A DNA stretch of 62,333 nt, filler included, from Choristocarpus tenellus KU-1152 (GCA_964200185.2; 12 parts of 12 records of this genome joined end to end with filler, not necessarily neighbours in it), one strand, 5' to 3'; positions 50,203 to 61,782 are shown, counted from the first letter of the whole stretch. Numbers and translations are program-made. Notes: generated by a model not told the origin, from the letters alone.

Positions 50203-51990
50203 ATTCCTGACCGACTAATCAACCTATTAGGCAGGAAATGCAAAGTCAACCGAGGAGAGAGTCCTTAGAAAGGTAGAGTGGCTGTGATACATTTTTTTCA
50301 AAGGGTCAGGTGTGCCGAGAAGGGAAAGAGAACTTCCCTCACTTTGTAACGACGAAGGCATGCTACTTCAGCAGAACAAGGAAGGAAGAAATGTACAACA
50401 AAAAGGAGATTCTGCCTGGGTGAACCCTGGGGGAAAGAGGGATGGGGAGAAGATCTGCTAGCTAGTAGTCACAGCAATCCAACAGCACCAGGAGGAGCAA
50501 AGACAGGCAGATAGAGGGAGACTATATGCCTGAGAGAAAAAAAGAGGAAGAGGACCCAGCTAGCAGTTATGGTGCTCCATCAGAAGCATCTGGAGGGAAA
50601 GGACCAGGAAGGGGCTGTGCCTGTCTGGACACCAACAATGAGTAATGGTCTGCATTGCCAGGGCTGTCTCTGCCTGCTTCTGTAGGAGATGGCCTAACCA
50701 ACTAAATGTGCACGTATAGTTACAGAGTCAGTCTGTGCGTATAACTTGAGATCTTAAAAGTGACCAACTACCTGTGATCTCTAAATTGACGATGTCAAGG
50801 CATGACAAGATAGGGCCTCCTGAGACACCATACAACATACTTGGAATTTCATATTCCCTCATCACGAGTTTATCAAAATAGGGAGAATATAGAAGAGGGG
50901 TATGTGCGTGGTCATAGATACAAATATTGACAGTTCATGCTCGAGACCATACTTATTACCATTGTATTTTCTATTATTATGCCCTGTGACATTTTCCAGT
51001 TGTTTGTGTTTGGTGAAAACCAGTTATATTATGTCTCCCACATTTTGTAGATGTGTCAGGGGTAATATTATAGCATAGTATGTGAGCAGGAACTACCCAT
51101 CCACCATACACACATCACTATAATCGGTTCCTCAAAAAATTAAACTGCCCAGTCATATACTACAATACGAAACAGTTATATATCATATCTATGTATTATT
51201 AGTACAACCAGCACCGAGATCCTGTGACTCACGGAATTGTGAATGTGGTGGGAAGTACACTTTGAGGGCCTCGGCATTATTAATAGTATTTTCTGTCTGT
51301 CAAATACTATCATAGATCCTGTGAAATTTATACAAACACTTACCCATGGAGTGCCTGGGTCTTACCAAGTGTTTTTTGGGGTCTTTTCAAGTGCAATAAT
51401 CCGTAATGTGTGATACTTGTACAATATTTTTTTTATCTATCTCAACATCCTTTAGAAGAAATGTAGAGAGATCTTGTAGGATCACCTCCGTTGGCTTTGG
51501 CGTTTATTGAATTTCACAATGTCTTCTTTGGTCTTTAGGTTCGTAGAGTTTGGTGTGGTAGGGGAATTCATGCTTCTTTTCCACCAATTGATCTCACCTT
51601 ACATATCTCTATGACTCTATCCACTATTTATTATTATGGTCTCTGACATTTTACATATATATGTGTAATAAAAATATATATGGGTCAGAGGGGAAACCAA
51701 TGAAAACTATACACATTGTCAGTATAACCCCTAAAGAAATATAATGTAATAAATGTGAAAGACCCTAGTCCACTCCGTCCACTCCGTCCACTGCGTCCAA
51801 TATTTGCTGAAGGTTCAATAAATCTCCTTGCAAATATTATATATTTCTTCATTCATATTTTGTACGACACTTTGGTCTGTTCCTACTTAAGTCATCTAAC
51901 ATTCGACTTTCTTCATGAACTTTTGTGACGAAAATCGAAGATCAATGCTGACTATATTTGGGAATAATAATATTGTAATATATATATATA

Positions 51991-52050
51991 TATAGTTTTC
52001 ATTGGTTTCCCCCCTGACACATCTGCAAAATGTCAGAGGGCATAATAATA
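51991..52050 (+). mobile_element. Family D 60-bp element; inverted diverged copy at about 51629-51712
   Basis: Identical to 39951-40010; preceded by (TA)n. Confidence 0.75.
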
Positions 52051-52527
52051 TAATATATGGGAAGTAATTCATTCGGTATGACGGTATTAATTTGTAGATA
52101 AAACTTCGAAATAAATAGAGCGTAGAGTGATCAGTTTTATATTTATGCCCAATTCCTTTGAATTAAAGAAAAATTCAAAATCTATTAGAAGAATGTTGGA
52201 GGTTATAGTAGTATATATACAGCGTTTAAAATTCATCGTTATTCAGTTATTCCCAGTTGCTTCAAGAAAAAACAAAAAATAGAAAACGGGAAGGATGAAA
52301 GGAAGGTGATAGACAGCTATAGAAAGGAAGAAGCAAAAGAAAGAACAAAAATGTCTATACTGGATCGATATGGTGGGTATGGAAGGAGCAGGAATTTGGA
52401 TCTTAGCGATGATGATAGGTTGCAAGGTTGGGAGATTGATTCTCTATTCCTTCGACTTAACTACTCTTTCACTCCTTTGACGAGCCGACAGCCTTTCACA
52501 ACAATAGCGGTGTATAAAGTTGAGGGC

Positions 52528-52957
52528 ATGAAGAGACGGTCTGAAGACCAGGGACAAGAGGATGGTGGAAGTGAGGGAGCCTGCTCTCCATATGAGCGGG
52601 ACGAAAATGAGGACGGCAGGGAAAGTGCCGAGGATGGGGGGAACGGTGAGTATGTGGAGCCTGTGGGGGGGCAGGGCTATGGCAATGCTAAGAGGGAGAG
52701 GACTTCCACACCAGAGAAGCAGGAGGAAACGGAGGTGCCGGATGGAGGAGGGCATTCGGTGCCTAGTGGACCCCTTCCAGCTTTCCTGGATAGGACATTC
52801 GACATGGTTGATAAGGGCTCCGAGGATATCGTGTCCTGGTCAACCTCTGGCACTAGTTTCGTGATCAAGCGTGTTGACCTGTTCGAGGAGGAGGTTATTC
52901 CTCGCTTCTTCAATCACAAGAACCTCTTCTCCTTCGTTCGACAGCTCAACTTTTATG
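52528..52957 (+). CDS. HSF: Heat shock transcription factor, exon 1 (alternative in-frame ATG at 52351)
   Basis: HSF DNA-binding domain PAFLDRTFDMV...IVSWSTSGTSFVI...IPRFFNHKNLFSFVRQLNFYG; donor G|GTATGT. Confidence 0.93.
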
Positions 52958-53290
52958 GTATGTTTGTGTTCGGGTATTAGTGAGAGTTTGAGACTGTGAA
53001 GCTTGGGGATTGCTATGGCCAGGTGATATCCAGGTCCTTGATTTGTGGGAGAACTGTTTGCCCCTCTTCGTGATTCCCTGCCTTCCTCACCGCTCCCCTT
53101 CCTTCTCTCCAACTTTGGATGTGGGTGTGATGTTACTGATCATTGGATGTCCCTTGCAACAACCTTGGGGTAGGACCTATGATATCTGCCTTTCTTCCAC
53201 CCTTGTTTTTTAGTAACATGATGTCTCCGTGCGAACCAATCGTTCTTACTATTGTCCCTGGTGATCATGCCCGACCTTACCATCCACCAG

Positions 53291-53473
53291 GCTTTTCAAA
53301 GGTTAAAGGAAGCTCCAGAACCTCATCCCGGTCAAGCTCAGGGACTGGTGGTTCTGCCCGTAGTGTACCGCAGGGTACCAGTGGTTGGTGGGAATTCAAG
53401 CATCCCAAGTTCCAACGCGGTTGCAGGAATCTCTTGGTGGAGATTAAGAGACGCAAGGAAAAACCCTCGAGTG
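53291..53473 (+). CDS. HSF: HSF exon 2
   Basis: CACCAG|GC in phase 1; GFSKV...WWEFKHPKFQRGCRNLLVEIKRRK; donor G|GTAAGG. Confidence 0.93.
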
Positions 53474-53726
53474 GTAAGGGTGGGCAGTGAACCTTGCAGT
53501 TTTGTGACTTCTGTGGTTGATTTCTCTTGCTTGTTCTATTGGTGCCCTGGACATGGACAATTTTGTTTCCTCTCGTCAGTCGATAGCCGCAATCCACGCT
53601 TTTCCACCATTCTGAGAATTTCTCCAACATCCCCAAACTGCAAGTACTCTTAGCCTCTCCCACCCTCCTTTTGCCCTCCCCACAACACGTGCATGGGATG
53701 TTACTACTCCCCAGCCCCATCTGCAG

Positions 53727-54202
53727 TCACTGACGACCACTTAAAGCGAGAAATTGAGCAGTTGAAGGCCTGTGTGAAGAGGACCGAGGGTGCCCTAGAT
53801 GAGATCAAGGCCATGATCTCCGGCATTTCTCAACGGCTGGGTCAACACGGGTCTATGCCGTCGTGGTTGACAGGCAATGGCTCAATGGTGCCATCACCTG
53901 TGGCAGAACACATGCGTTCTTCGCCAGCGGCGGCGGCAGTGGCCGCTGCCGCAGCTGCGGCAGCGGCCATGGCAGCAGCAGCTGGCTCGCAGGATCCATT
54001 GGGGGGGCGACGTGGGGATCTTAAGGCGCCGACAATGACAGAAAGTCATCATCTTGAGGAGCAGCAACGCCTTCACAACCTACAGCAAATGCAACAGCAA
54101 CATCTGTGGCAACAGCAGATGCAACAGCAGCAGCAACAGCAGCAGCAACAACACCAGGGACACATGCAACATATGCATTCGCATCACCAGCCTCATCTTC
54201 AG
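53727..54202 (+). CDS. HSF: HSF exon 3 (coiled coil, poly-Ala, poly-Gln); alternative acceptor at 53715
   Basis: CTGCAG|TC in phase 1; heptads LKREIEQLKACVKRTEGALDEIKAMISGI; donor CAG|GTACAG. Confidence 0.85.
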
Positions 54203-54569
54203 GTACAGTCAAAGGCTTTGCCCATTTCCTTTTGCCCGTCTCATCTTTCATCTACAAATACCTAGCTCTAATGTTGAACTTTGAAATTGGGTATTTGACT
54301 TTATATATAATCAGTAATATTGAGATAAATATCAGATTAATGGCGTTTCAATATTTTTATAAACTGAGCACTCTCCATCTTTGAGTTATTGTATCCAAAT
54401 GCAGTTTGTTGAATCCCCACCTTACGCCACCCTACAAAATCCCTAACATGCAACCTCTTCCCTCCCCCCCCCCATCATTTTCTTCTGCGATGTCTTGTTT
54501 CTCTAAAAGCAGTCCCCCCCTCAGCATAACTCACACTTTGGTGCACAGCATTCACACCAACAGCTACAG

Positions 54570-55415
54570 ATGCATCCCCAGCTAGGTACCAGTGGCAATA
54601 TGAGGACCCCAGGTGCCAGTTCTTCCCCCCAACAGGTACATTCTGGTGTCCCACCCCCTCTGCAGGCTTCTTCTGGTCATCAGGAGTCTCAACATAGCAC
54701 CTATCCAAGTCATGGTACCAATCCCCTTGTTGCGAGACAGCAGCAGGGCATAGGGACGATTAGGCAGGGTAGCAGTGGTTTAATTCCACGTCAAGACCAG
54801 CATTCCTACCATTCACAGGTCCCTAACATGCCTATACCAGCGCCGTCAGGGGTGCAATTGCCTGATGGTATTGCAGGGGCAGTTCCTGGTGCAGGTTCTG
54901 CTGCTGCTGAGGGCACATCGACTCAGCAGTCCTCCCAGTATTACTCTTACAGTCCTTGGGGTGGTGGGGGAAGTGGAGGGCCCGGTTCTTTAATGCATGT
55001 GTACCCCCAGTCAACAAGCCTACCGCATGGGCCAGCACAGCACCACAGTGGCAACGGGCCATTTTCCCAGAGGGGAGGAGTAGGGGCAGGGGGTGTTCAC
55101 TATTTCGGATCACCCATGGTGCATACTGTGCATTCTTCTGGTACAGCTCACTGTTCAAGTCCAGGGAGTGGAGGAATAGCTTCTGCTGAGGTTCCTACAT
55201 CATCTGCAGGATTGACTGGGGTGCCAGGCCAGGTGGGCAGTGGTGGGGTTGTAAGGAGTGATGCGGAGGCTGGGGGTGGAGGCAGGGGGACAGGTTCTAG
55301 GAATGGAGAGCTTGTTCCTGCATCTTTGCAGGGATACCCTGTTTTTTCCTCTGCAGGTGCTCCTGGGGGTACCACAGGGGCTACTGCTGGGGTCACTGCT
55401 GGTACACAGTTGTGA
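54570..55415 (+). CDS. HSF: HSF terminal exon (G/S/Q/P-rich disordered region)
   Basis: CTACAG|ATG in phase 0; 281-codon open frame to TGA. Confidence 0.8.
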   Translation: MHPQLGTSGNMRTPGASSSPQQVHSGVPPPLQASSGHQESQHSTYPSHGTNPLVARQQQGIGTIRQGSSGLIPRQDQHSYHSQVPNMPIPAPSGVQLPDGIAGAVPGAGSAAAEGTSTQQSSQYYSYSPWGGGGSGGPGSLMHVYPQSTSLPHGPAQHHSGNGPFSQRGGVGAGGVHYFGSPMVHTVHSSGTAHCSSPGSGGIASAEVPTSSAGLTGVPGQVGSGGVVRSDAEAGGGGRGTGSRNGELVPASLQGYPVFSSAGAPGGTTGATAGVTAGTQL

Positions 55416-57737
55416 TGGATTTAGCATGTATGCCTGTGGTTATGTGCAGTGGGTTTATTGATGTGTTGACAAAGCTGTCGTTTAGATGAAACAAGATCGT
55501 GTACCAAAGAGGACCAAGGTGGTTGTATTACGTGTTTTGTGTGTGTGACATCTTAGCCTTTGACCTTCAGACCTTTCAGGTATGAGATGGACTGATGCTA
55601 CTGTTAGGTTCACTGTATCAGGCTTGATGAGATCAAATTTGTCAGCTTGCTCAGTGAGAGGTTTTCTATGTAGATCCCATATTTTTGACTGCTGGGAAAA
55701 AACTCACAGTTGTACTATATCGTGTGTACAGCCAGACCCCCCTCCGTTCCCCGTCCAAACCTCCCCATATCCCTTGAGACAAGGATAGAGTTGAGTACTT
55801 GATTAGTGAAACCCTTGGTTGAGAACAGATTTTTTTTTTGGTGTGACAGCAGATGTTTGCCAATTGAAAAGGGGAATTTCAATTATTAACACCAAACTTA
55901 ACTGTATGTTCATCACTGTCAGGCAAGGAAGGGCAGCAGTAAGTACATAGGACTACACATTGCCGCAGAATGCTGCAGAGGATTTGTTGTCAGCATCAGC
56001 ACTTAAGAAGTACTTTTATGGAGACAGCTGTGCCCCTCCTGCTGTCTTGTTTGTTTTCGATATTTTGTTGGTGTCTAGTATTGTACAGCCCCAGTGTCAT
56101 AGATGGTGAAGTCTTCGATAATTTTCAAGTGCTACTCCTAATAGTTTTTGTTAATGCTGTGTTGAAGCACTTTGTGTGTCCATACTTTGTGAAGGCCCAC
56201 AAGTGTTTAGTGCTGATGTTGTGAAGAATGTTGAAGCCATAGGGATTGGCACTGTAGTGCCCTATTATTACTGTGCTAGTGTATGGAAGATGGAATGGCT
56301 ATGTACTGAGTGGTGCAAATATTAATACTAGGTATAGCTTTACATTGAGAATGTGATATATGGACATTATGTACCTTCTGTCTTGGACAAGGATGGTCAT
56401 TTAGAGTCCACCCTTGGTCTGTTCCTTCCTAGAGCCCTTGTGATAGATACCTCCCCACCGCCTTGCCTTGTTTCTTGCCTTTCTGTGATCTTTTTGTAGA
56501 ATAGTGCTGGAACACACTGGTCAAGAATGTAACGACTAAACCATGAGGGGACATTAGCAGTAATGAAATACTCCTCCTAATTCTACTTGGAAAGCCACAC
56601 ATTATGAGCAGTTCAGAGCTGAATATCTTTGCCACTCACAAGCTCATGTACTATTCCTTCCTTTGGTAGTTCCTTCATGTGGTTGTTGGTAGTGTAAATT
56701 GGACGTGGAAAAATTTACTACTTGTGGCAAGTTCTTCATCTCTACGGTAGGGTTGTGTGACTTCCGGTCTACTTACCCGCCTCAATAATCCAGGTGATGT
56801 AGGCTGAGGAAGTGGAAAAAAAATAGGCATTTCCGAATAGAATAGTCACTGAATTTGCTGGACTGCAAACTCCAATGAACATGCATACATACACAATGCC
56901 AGGCAGCAGTCATGAATGGAAGGAATCAAGTTGCATGTCTGATTTGACCCTTAATGCATGATGAATACCTGGTTGCAAGGGTATGGTTGATGGTCAATCC
57001 TACAAAGTCTTCCGAGACCAGAGTGGCAGCTCAACTGCAGTAAAGGCTGGAAGGTCGAGTTGAAACCTGTGATAAGGTCCCAGGTGTCCCAATTCCAAGT
57101 ACTGCTTAAGCTGTATGCTCAACATGATGATGCTATTTTTATGCTCAAGATACCAAGAACGATTTGCTGGAGTGGAGGGGTCCGCTGGGAGAGTGTGTCC
57201 TCAAGGGTTTATGAGATGAACTTTTATGATGTATTTTGATCCACTTTGCGTAGTTAAGGTTGCAATTCTACTCCTTAGTATGGTAGGCATTTCCACAGTA
57301 TCACTCGGGGGTGCTTGGAACACTGAGAACTTGCCACCTTCCTGAGAACCAATAGTCTACCTACAGCATAGGGGGCGCCACTGGTGGCACAAATGCACTC
57401 TCCTTCCTTTAGTTCAGTCGTCCAGTCTTGTTTTGTGACTGTTTTGCCTTTTTGAAAGAGGACAATGAATGAATGTCTATCTTTACCTAGACCCAGAGTA
57501 CCCTCTGCTTGGTATAAGGGGGACTACAGGAGGTAGGTACAGGTTCCCCTATATGTCAGCAACATATCACCCCATTCACAGTATAGTGTGAAAGGTGTTG
57601 GTTTCTTGTTTCGAAGTATACACCAACTTCTTCTGTTAGTGTATTGGAAGACCTTCATTATTGTAAGCAATTACAGATTTTGTTGTTGAGTTCAATTATT
57701 TTCTGCATATATGATGCTCCTCAGAAATATACTGGGA

Positions 57738-57993
57738 GACCCTAAGTATTTAAGAGGGTAAAGGTTTTGCCCTGTTTGTCTGTTCGGGGCTTGGCTTCCC
57801 ACGGGTTTTTTTTGCCCTTTTTCGGTTTTCTGTGTGAAAACAGTTCATATGTATGCGACAATGGAAGATGTCCGGAGCAAGGATATTGACACTTGCTAAC
57901 AAACACGATAGTCAAAACTAATCAAAATCGCAACATTCGGTTTATGATCCCGAACGGAGGCGGCCCTACCTACCCTCTTAAATGCTTTCACTC
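57738..57993 (-). mobile_element. Diverged MITE subfamily B
   Basis: AAGTATTTAAGAGGGTA...TACCCTCTTAAATGCTTTCACTC with internal homology to 36296. Confidence 0.75.
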
Positions 57994-58073
57994 GAAGTAT
58001 ATGTTATTCATACCCACTGATATTGTGGAGATATTGTTATGGAGGGAACAAGAAGAAACATTAAGCAAAGAAT

Positions 58074-58243
58074 GGCTCAATGTATCTGGGGGGGGTGGTG
58101 ACTGTCCAATTGGGGGCAATTTTTCATGTCGCGATTTTTGTGTGATTTGGTTGCATACGTCGGATGGATAATATAAGTGCACCTTTCCTGGTTATGCCCC
58201 AAATGGACACCCTGGTGTAGAGCCCCCCCCCCCCCCCCCCCCC
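58074..58243 (-). mobile_element. MITE subfamily A, cut at its poly-C by the contig end
   Basis: GGCTCAATGTATCTG(n)...CCCAAATGGACACCCTGGTGT; same orientation as 19897. Confidence 0.85.
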
Positions 58244-58343
58244 NNNNNNNNNNNNNNNNNNNNNNNNNNNNNNNNNNNNNNNNNNNNTTAATTAATTAAN
58301 NNNNNNNNNNNNNNNNNNNNNNNNNNNNNNNNNNNNNNNNNNN
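58244..58343. other. Artificial contig-joining spacer
   Basis: N44-TTAATTAATTAA-N44. Confidence 0.97.
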
Positions 58344-58365
58344 GGTCAGACGTGTTTCTTCCCCC

Positions 58366-58412
<47 letters not shown>

Positions 58413-58499
58413 TCCATACCCGCCATCCTCATCACAAACCACAAAAAAAAAGCGGAACACAAAAATATTTATTTTCTTTCTTTTTTTTCTACCACTCAC

Positions 58500-59371
58500 G
58501 TGATCCGCCCCCTTAGTCCTCATCGAACAGCAACGCCTTCCATCCTCGGGCACCAACAAACTCCCCAGCACCTGCATGAACGCACTCTCCAGCTGCGCCG
58601 GCCTCCTAGCAAGCCATGGGGCCAACACCCCACACAGCACCGCCCCCACCCTTTGCAAAGGAGGGTGCCCCGGCAACAACCGCAGCCTGTCCACCACTGC
58701 CAAAACGCCCTCTCCCCCTCCAACTCCCCTAGCCCTACCAAACTCTGCGGCGAGAGTGCCGCTACCAGTACCGCCAGTTAACGCCCCAGAGCCGGCCCCA
58801 GCCACAACGCCTCCTTGCTCGTCACGCAGAATTATCGCCCGTGAGACCGCACTCAGGGCATGCAAAAACGCCTCCAACAACGGCCAGTCGACCAACCTAT
58901 CCCCCCCCCTCCCCTTCCTCCACCCCCAGCACCATCTCCACCAAACCCGTGACTGCCGTTGCTGGCGCTGCCACCAGCAGCCCCTACTCCGGTCCCTCCA
59001 CCCGCTGAACCCATTCCCCCCTGTACTGGTCCCCACACCGATGACGCCTCTGCCTGCCCTGACCCAAACCCACCCGGTGATCCGCCAGTCCCAGAACCAG
59101 TCCCCATCGAACTGTTCACAGCTCTGGACACCTCCACAGCAACCAACCCCTCTAGCCAGTCCAAAAAGTCTTTCTGGACTTCCAAAAGATTGGGAGGCGG
59201 CGGTTCTCCAGGTCCTGCCTCTACCCCCGACCCAGTCAAAGGTTCCATTCTAGCACCCGATGCTCCTGCCCTACCATCCCCTCTCCTTGCATTGCTGACC
59301 TCTCTAGCAACTCCAGTACTGGAGGAGTCCTCTTGCGAGGTAAGGACCATGGCCCTCAAAAGGTCCCTAAC
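58500..59371 (-). CDS. Importin-beta family (transportin-3/importin-13-like) exon with an apparent 1-nt frameshift near 58905
   Basis: GTACAG|GTT gives VRDLLRAMV; after the G-run a second frame gives DWPLLEAFLHALSAV...LAPWLARRPAQLE...ADH; donor CAC|GTGAGT. Confidence 0.75.
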
Positions 59372-59461
59372 CTGTACCCCAGAAAAAAAAAAAACAGACT
59401 ACAGGGTTGAAGTACGCTCGCTTGATGTGATCTCTCACTGCTCTGCTCTTGTTCTCGATAA

Positions 59462-59521
59462 GGGATTTCCTAACAGAAGAAGGATTTCCTAACAGAAGAA
59501 GGATTTCCTAACAGAAGAAGG
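59462..59521. repeat. 19-bp tandem repeat x3 (GGATTTCCTAACAGAAGAA), intronic
   Basis: Direct observation. Confidence 0.92.
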
Positions 59522-59752
59522 AAGGCATGCACGAGACTTTCTTTTCTACCAAGATACCTACGCAGAGTTACACGGTTTGGAACTTTCATCATCCAAAAAA
59601 AAAACATACATAAAACAAAAAAACGAAAAAACATACAATAAAGAAAAAAAAAAAAAAAAAAAAAAAACCACCCCCAAAACCCAAACAAAAAAAAAACCCA
59701 AAAAAAAAAAGAAAAACCACCAGGAAAAAAAAAAAGAAAGACNNNNNNNNNN

Positions 59753-59805
<53 letters not shown>

Positions 59806-59900
59806 TGCCCTATACCTGTTCTTCGGCAAACACCAACAAATTAAAAGTAAACCTCCCAGTACAACAACACACACACACACACACACAAACCAAAACTCGC

Positions 59901-60209
59901 CTGCTCCCTGAAGCTCTCCAACAACTCCCCGTCGCCGTCCTCTTCCATCGACCCATCGGGTACCCACCCTCCCATCTCTCCCCCACTCAAGGAGCCTTCT
60001 TGCTCCTGCACCCAGGAATAGTAGCTAGGGTTAGGGTATCGCGTCCTCCGTATAACCACCATGGTGGCGTGTCTGAGAGCAGACTCCAGAGACTGGCTTC
60101 GGAGTCCATTGCTCTCAGTCCGGGCTAGGTGTTCGGCCAGCTTGGCCCAAAAGTCCAAGCCCAGCGAAGCGATCTCTAGAGAGGGGTGCTCCATCACCGC
60201 CACCATCAC
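59901..60209 (-). CDS. Transportin-3/importin-13-like exon (GC donor)
   Basis: VMEHPSLEIASLGLDFWAKL...RRTRYP...ELLESFREQ matches the HP..EI....FW..L / YP / FR pattern of this family; donor CAG|GCGAGT. Confidence 0.8.
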
Positions 60210-60299
60210 CTTCACATTAGAAATAAAAATTTAAAAAATAAAATAAAATAAATAATAATGGTAGTAGTAGTAGTAGTAATAATAATAATAATAATGATA

Positions 60300-60582
60300 A
60301 AAAAAAATTATTCAACGGAAGTGTGTACAAAGAGAAATGGTCTTGCATATTGTGGAAATAATGATAATAGTAACAATAACATTAAATGGGGGTTCTTTTT
60401 TAAATCAACAGAAATGTGTACATAGAGAAGTAGGCTTATGCATTGTGGAAATAATAATAAGAAGAAGAAGAAGAAGAAGAAGAATAATAGTAATAGTAAT
60501 AGTAATAATATTATTAAATGGAGTTTTTTTCAATCAACAGAAATGTATACGTAAGAGAAATAGTCTCACACAGTGTGGAAAC

Positions 60583-60615
<33 letters not shown>
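60300..60615. repeat. Three ~50-bp units separated by trinucleotide microsatellites
   Basis: TCAAC(A/G)GAA(A/G)TGT...TGTGGAAA at about 60311, 60404 and 60533, each followed by (AAT/AAG/TAG)n. Confidence 0.8.
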
Positions 60616-60616
<1 letters not shown>

Positions 60617-60999
60617 GAAATAGTGTTAGAAGCTGGAAAAAAAGACAACTTGACATCGATACATTGTGTTAAGGACCTAGTCTAACGCACCAAAGATACA
60701 CCCATCACGCAGTCTTAACTCTGAGGAGAGATATCCACAACAAGCTTTCACTAAACTACATATCAAGCAGGGAGATATTAGAGATTTAGGATAATGAGGG
60801 GGGCCAAGGAGGGGTGATTTGACCAAGGAAAGCAAATAGGGTTATAGCTCAAACCCTAACCCTAACACTAACACTAACACTTAACACTATCACACAGGCA
60901 TTTCTGAACATGCAGCAAGGTTAGGGCATGGTAGTCAAATTTTACAGAGTACTCCGAAGCATCTACATTATTTTATTATTATTTGTATGTACACTGTTA

Positions 61000-61041
<42 letters not shown>

Positions 61042-61464
61042 GGGCATAAACGTTTTTTTTTCAGTTTTGAACCTACTGTATTTTTTTTACGATCTGTAGT
61101 AGTACTTCCTAACTTCAACAGGTCTTCTAGTGTCCTTACACACACTGTCGTCTTCAAAACTGGTCACATCCTACAGGGTGCTACAGAGTTACTTCCTAAT
61201 GCCACAGAGCACACCATGCCAATAAACATCACACACGGGAGAGCTGCAGCCAGAGAGAATACTGAAACCGTATCTAATCTTGCAGAGCAATATGAACAAA
61301 AAAACAAAAAAACAAAAAAAAACTGTAGTTCAAAATACACACACACAACACACAATCAACACAATACACAACACAATACACATAACACAACTCAACACAC
61401 ACAACACACACAACACACACAACACACAACACACACAACACACAACACACAACACAGCACACAC

Positions 61465-61626
61465 CTCCAGCAATGACTCCCAATGCACCGCAAGCTCCGG
61501 CTCATTGATGTAAGGGAGATAGGCACTGGCCACTGCAGAGAACACATCTGTCAGTGACGTGCACACCACATCCCCCATAGACATCAATAACGCCTGCTTC
61601 AACGAGAGCACCTTGGGAAGCATTAC
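61465..61626 (-). CDS. Transportin-3/importin-13-like exon
   Basis: TTTTAG|GTA; VMLPKVLSLKQALL...HWESLLE; donor GAG|GTGTGT; phase 0 at both ends. Confidence 0.75.
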
Positions 61627-61722
61627 CTAAAATGAGGGGTTGGGGCCAGGGGCTAGGGTCAGGGAGAGAGGGGGGTAGGAAAGATAAGAGGAAAGATAGA
61701 GGGGAGGGGGAGGGGAGGGGGT

Positions 61723-61782
<60 letters not shown>
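61723..61782 (+). repeat. Poly-G run (~60 nt)
   Basis: Direct observation; the length may be a sequencing artefact. Confidence 0.85.

Noticed and set aside
52259-52270. Heat-shock element upstream of HSF (TTCaaGAA)
   Set aside because: Only two nGAAn units; expected by chance in AT-rich DNA.
8055-55415. Defence or stress gene cluster (thaumatin, GH1, HSF)
   Set aside because: The genes lie on different contigs joined artificially.
58576-59492. Plus-strand Pro-rich ORFs of 225 and 177 aa (gag/ORF1-like)
   Set aside because: They are antisense shadows of the Gly-rich karyopherin exon.
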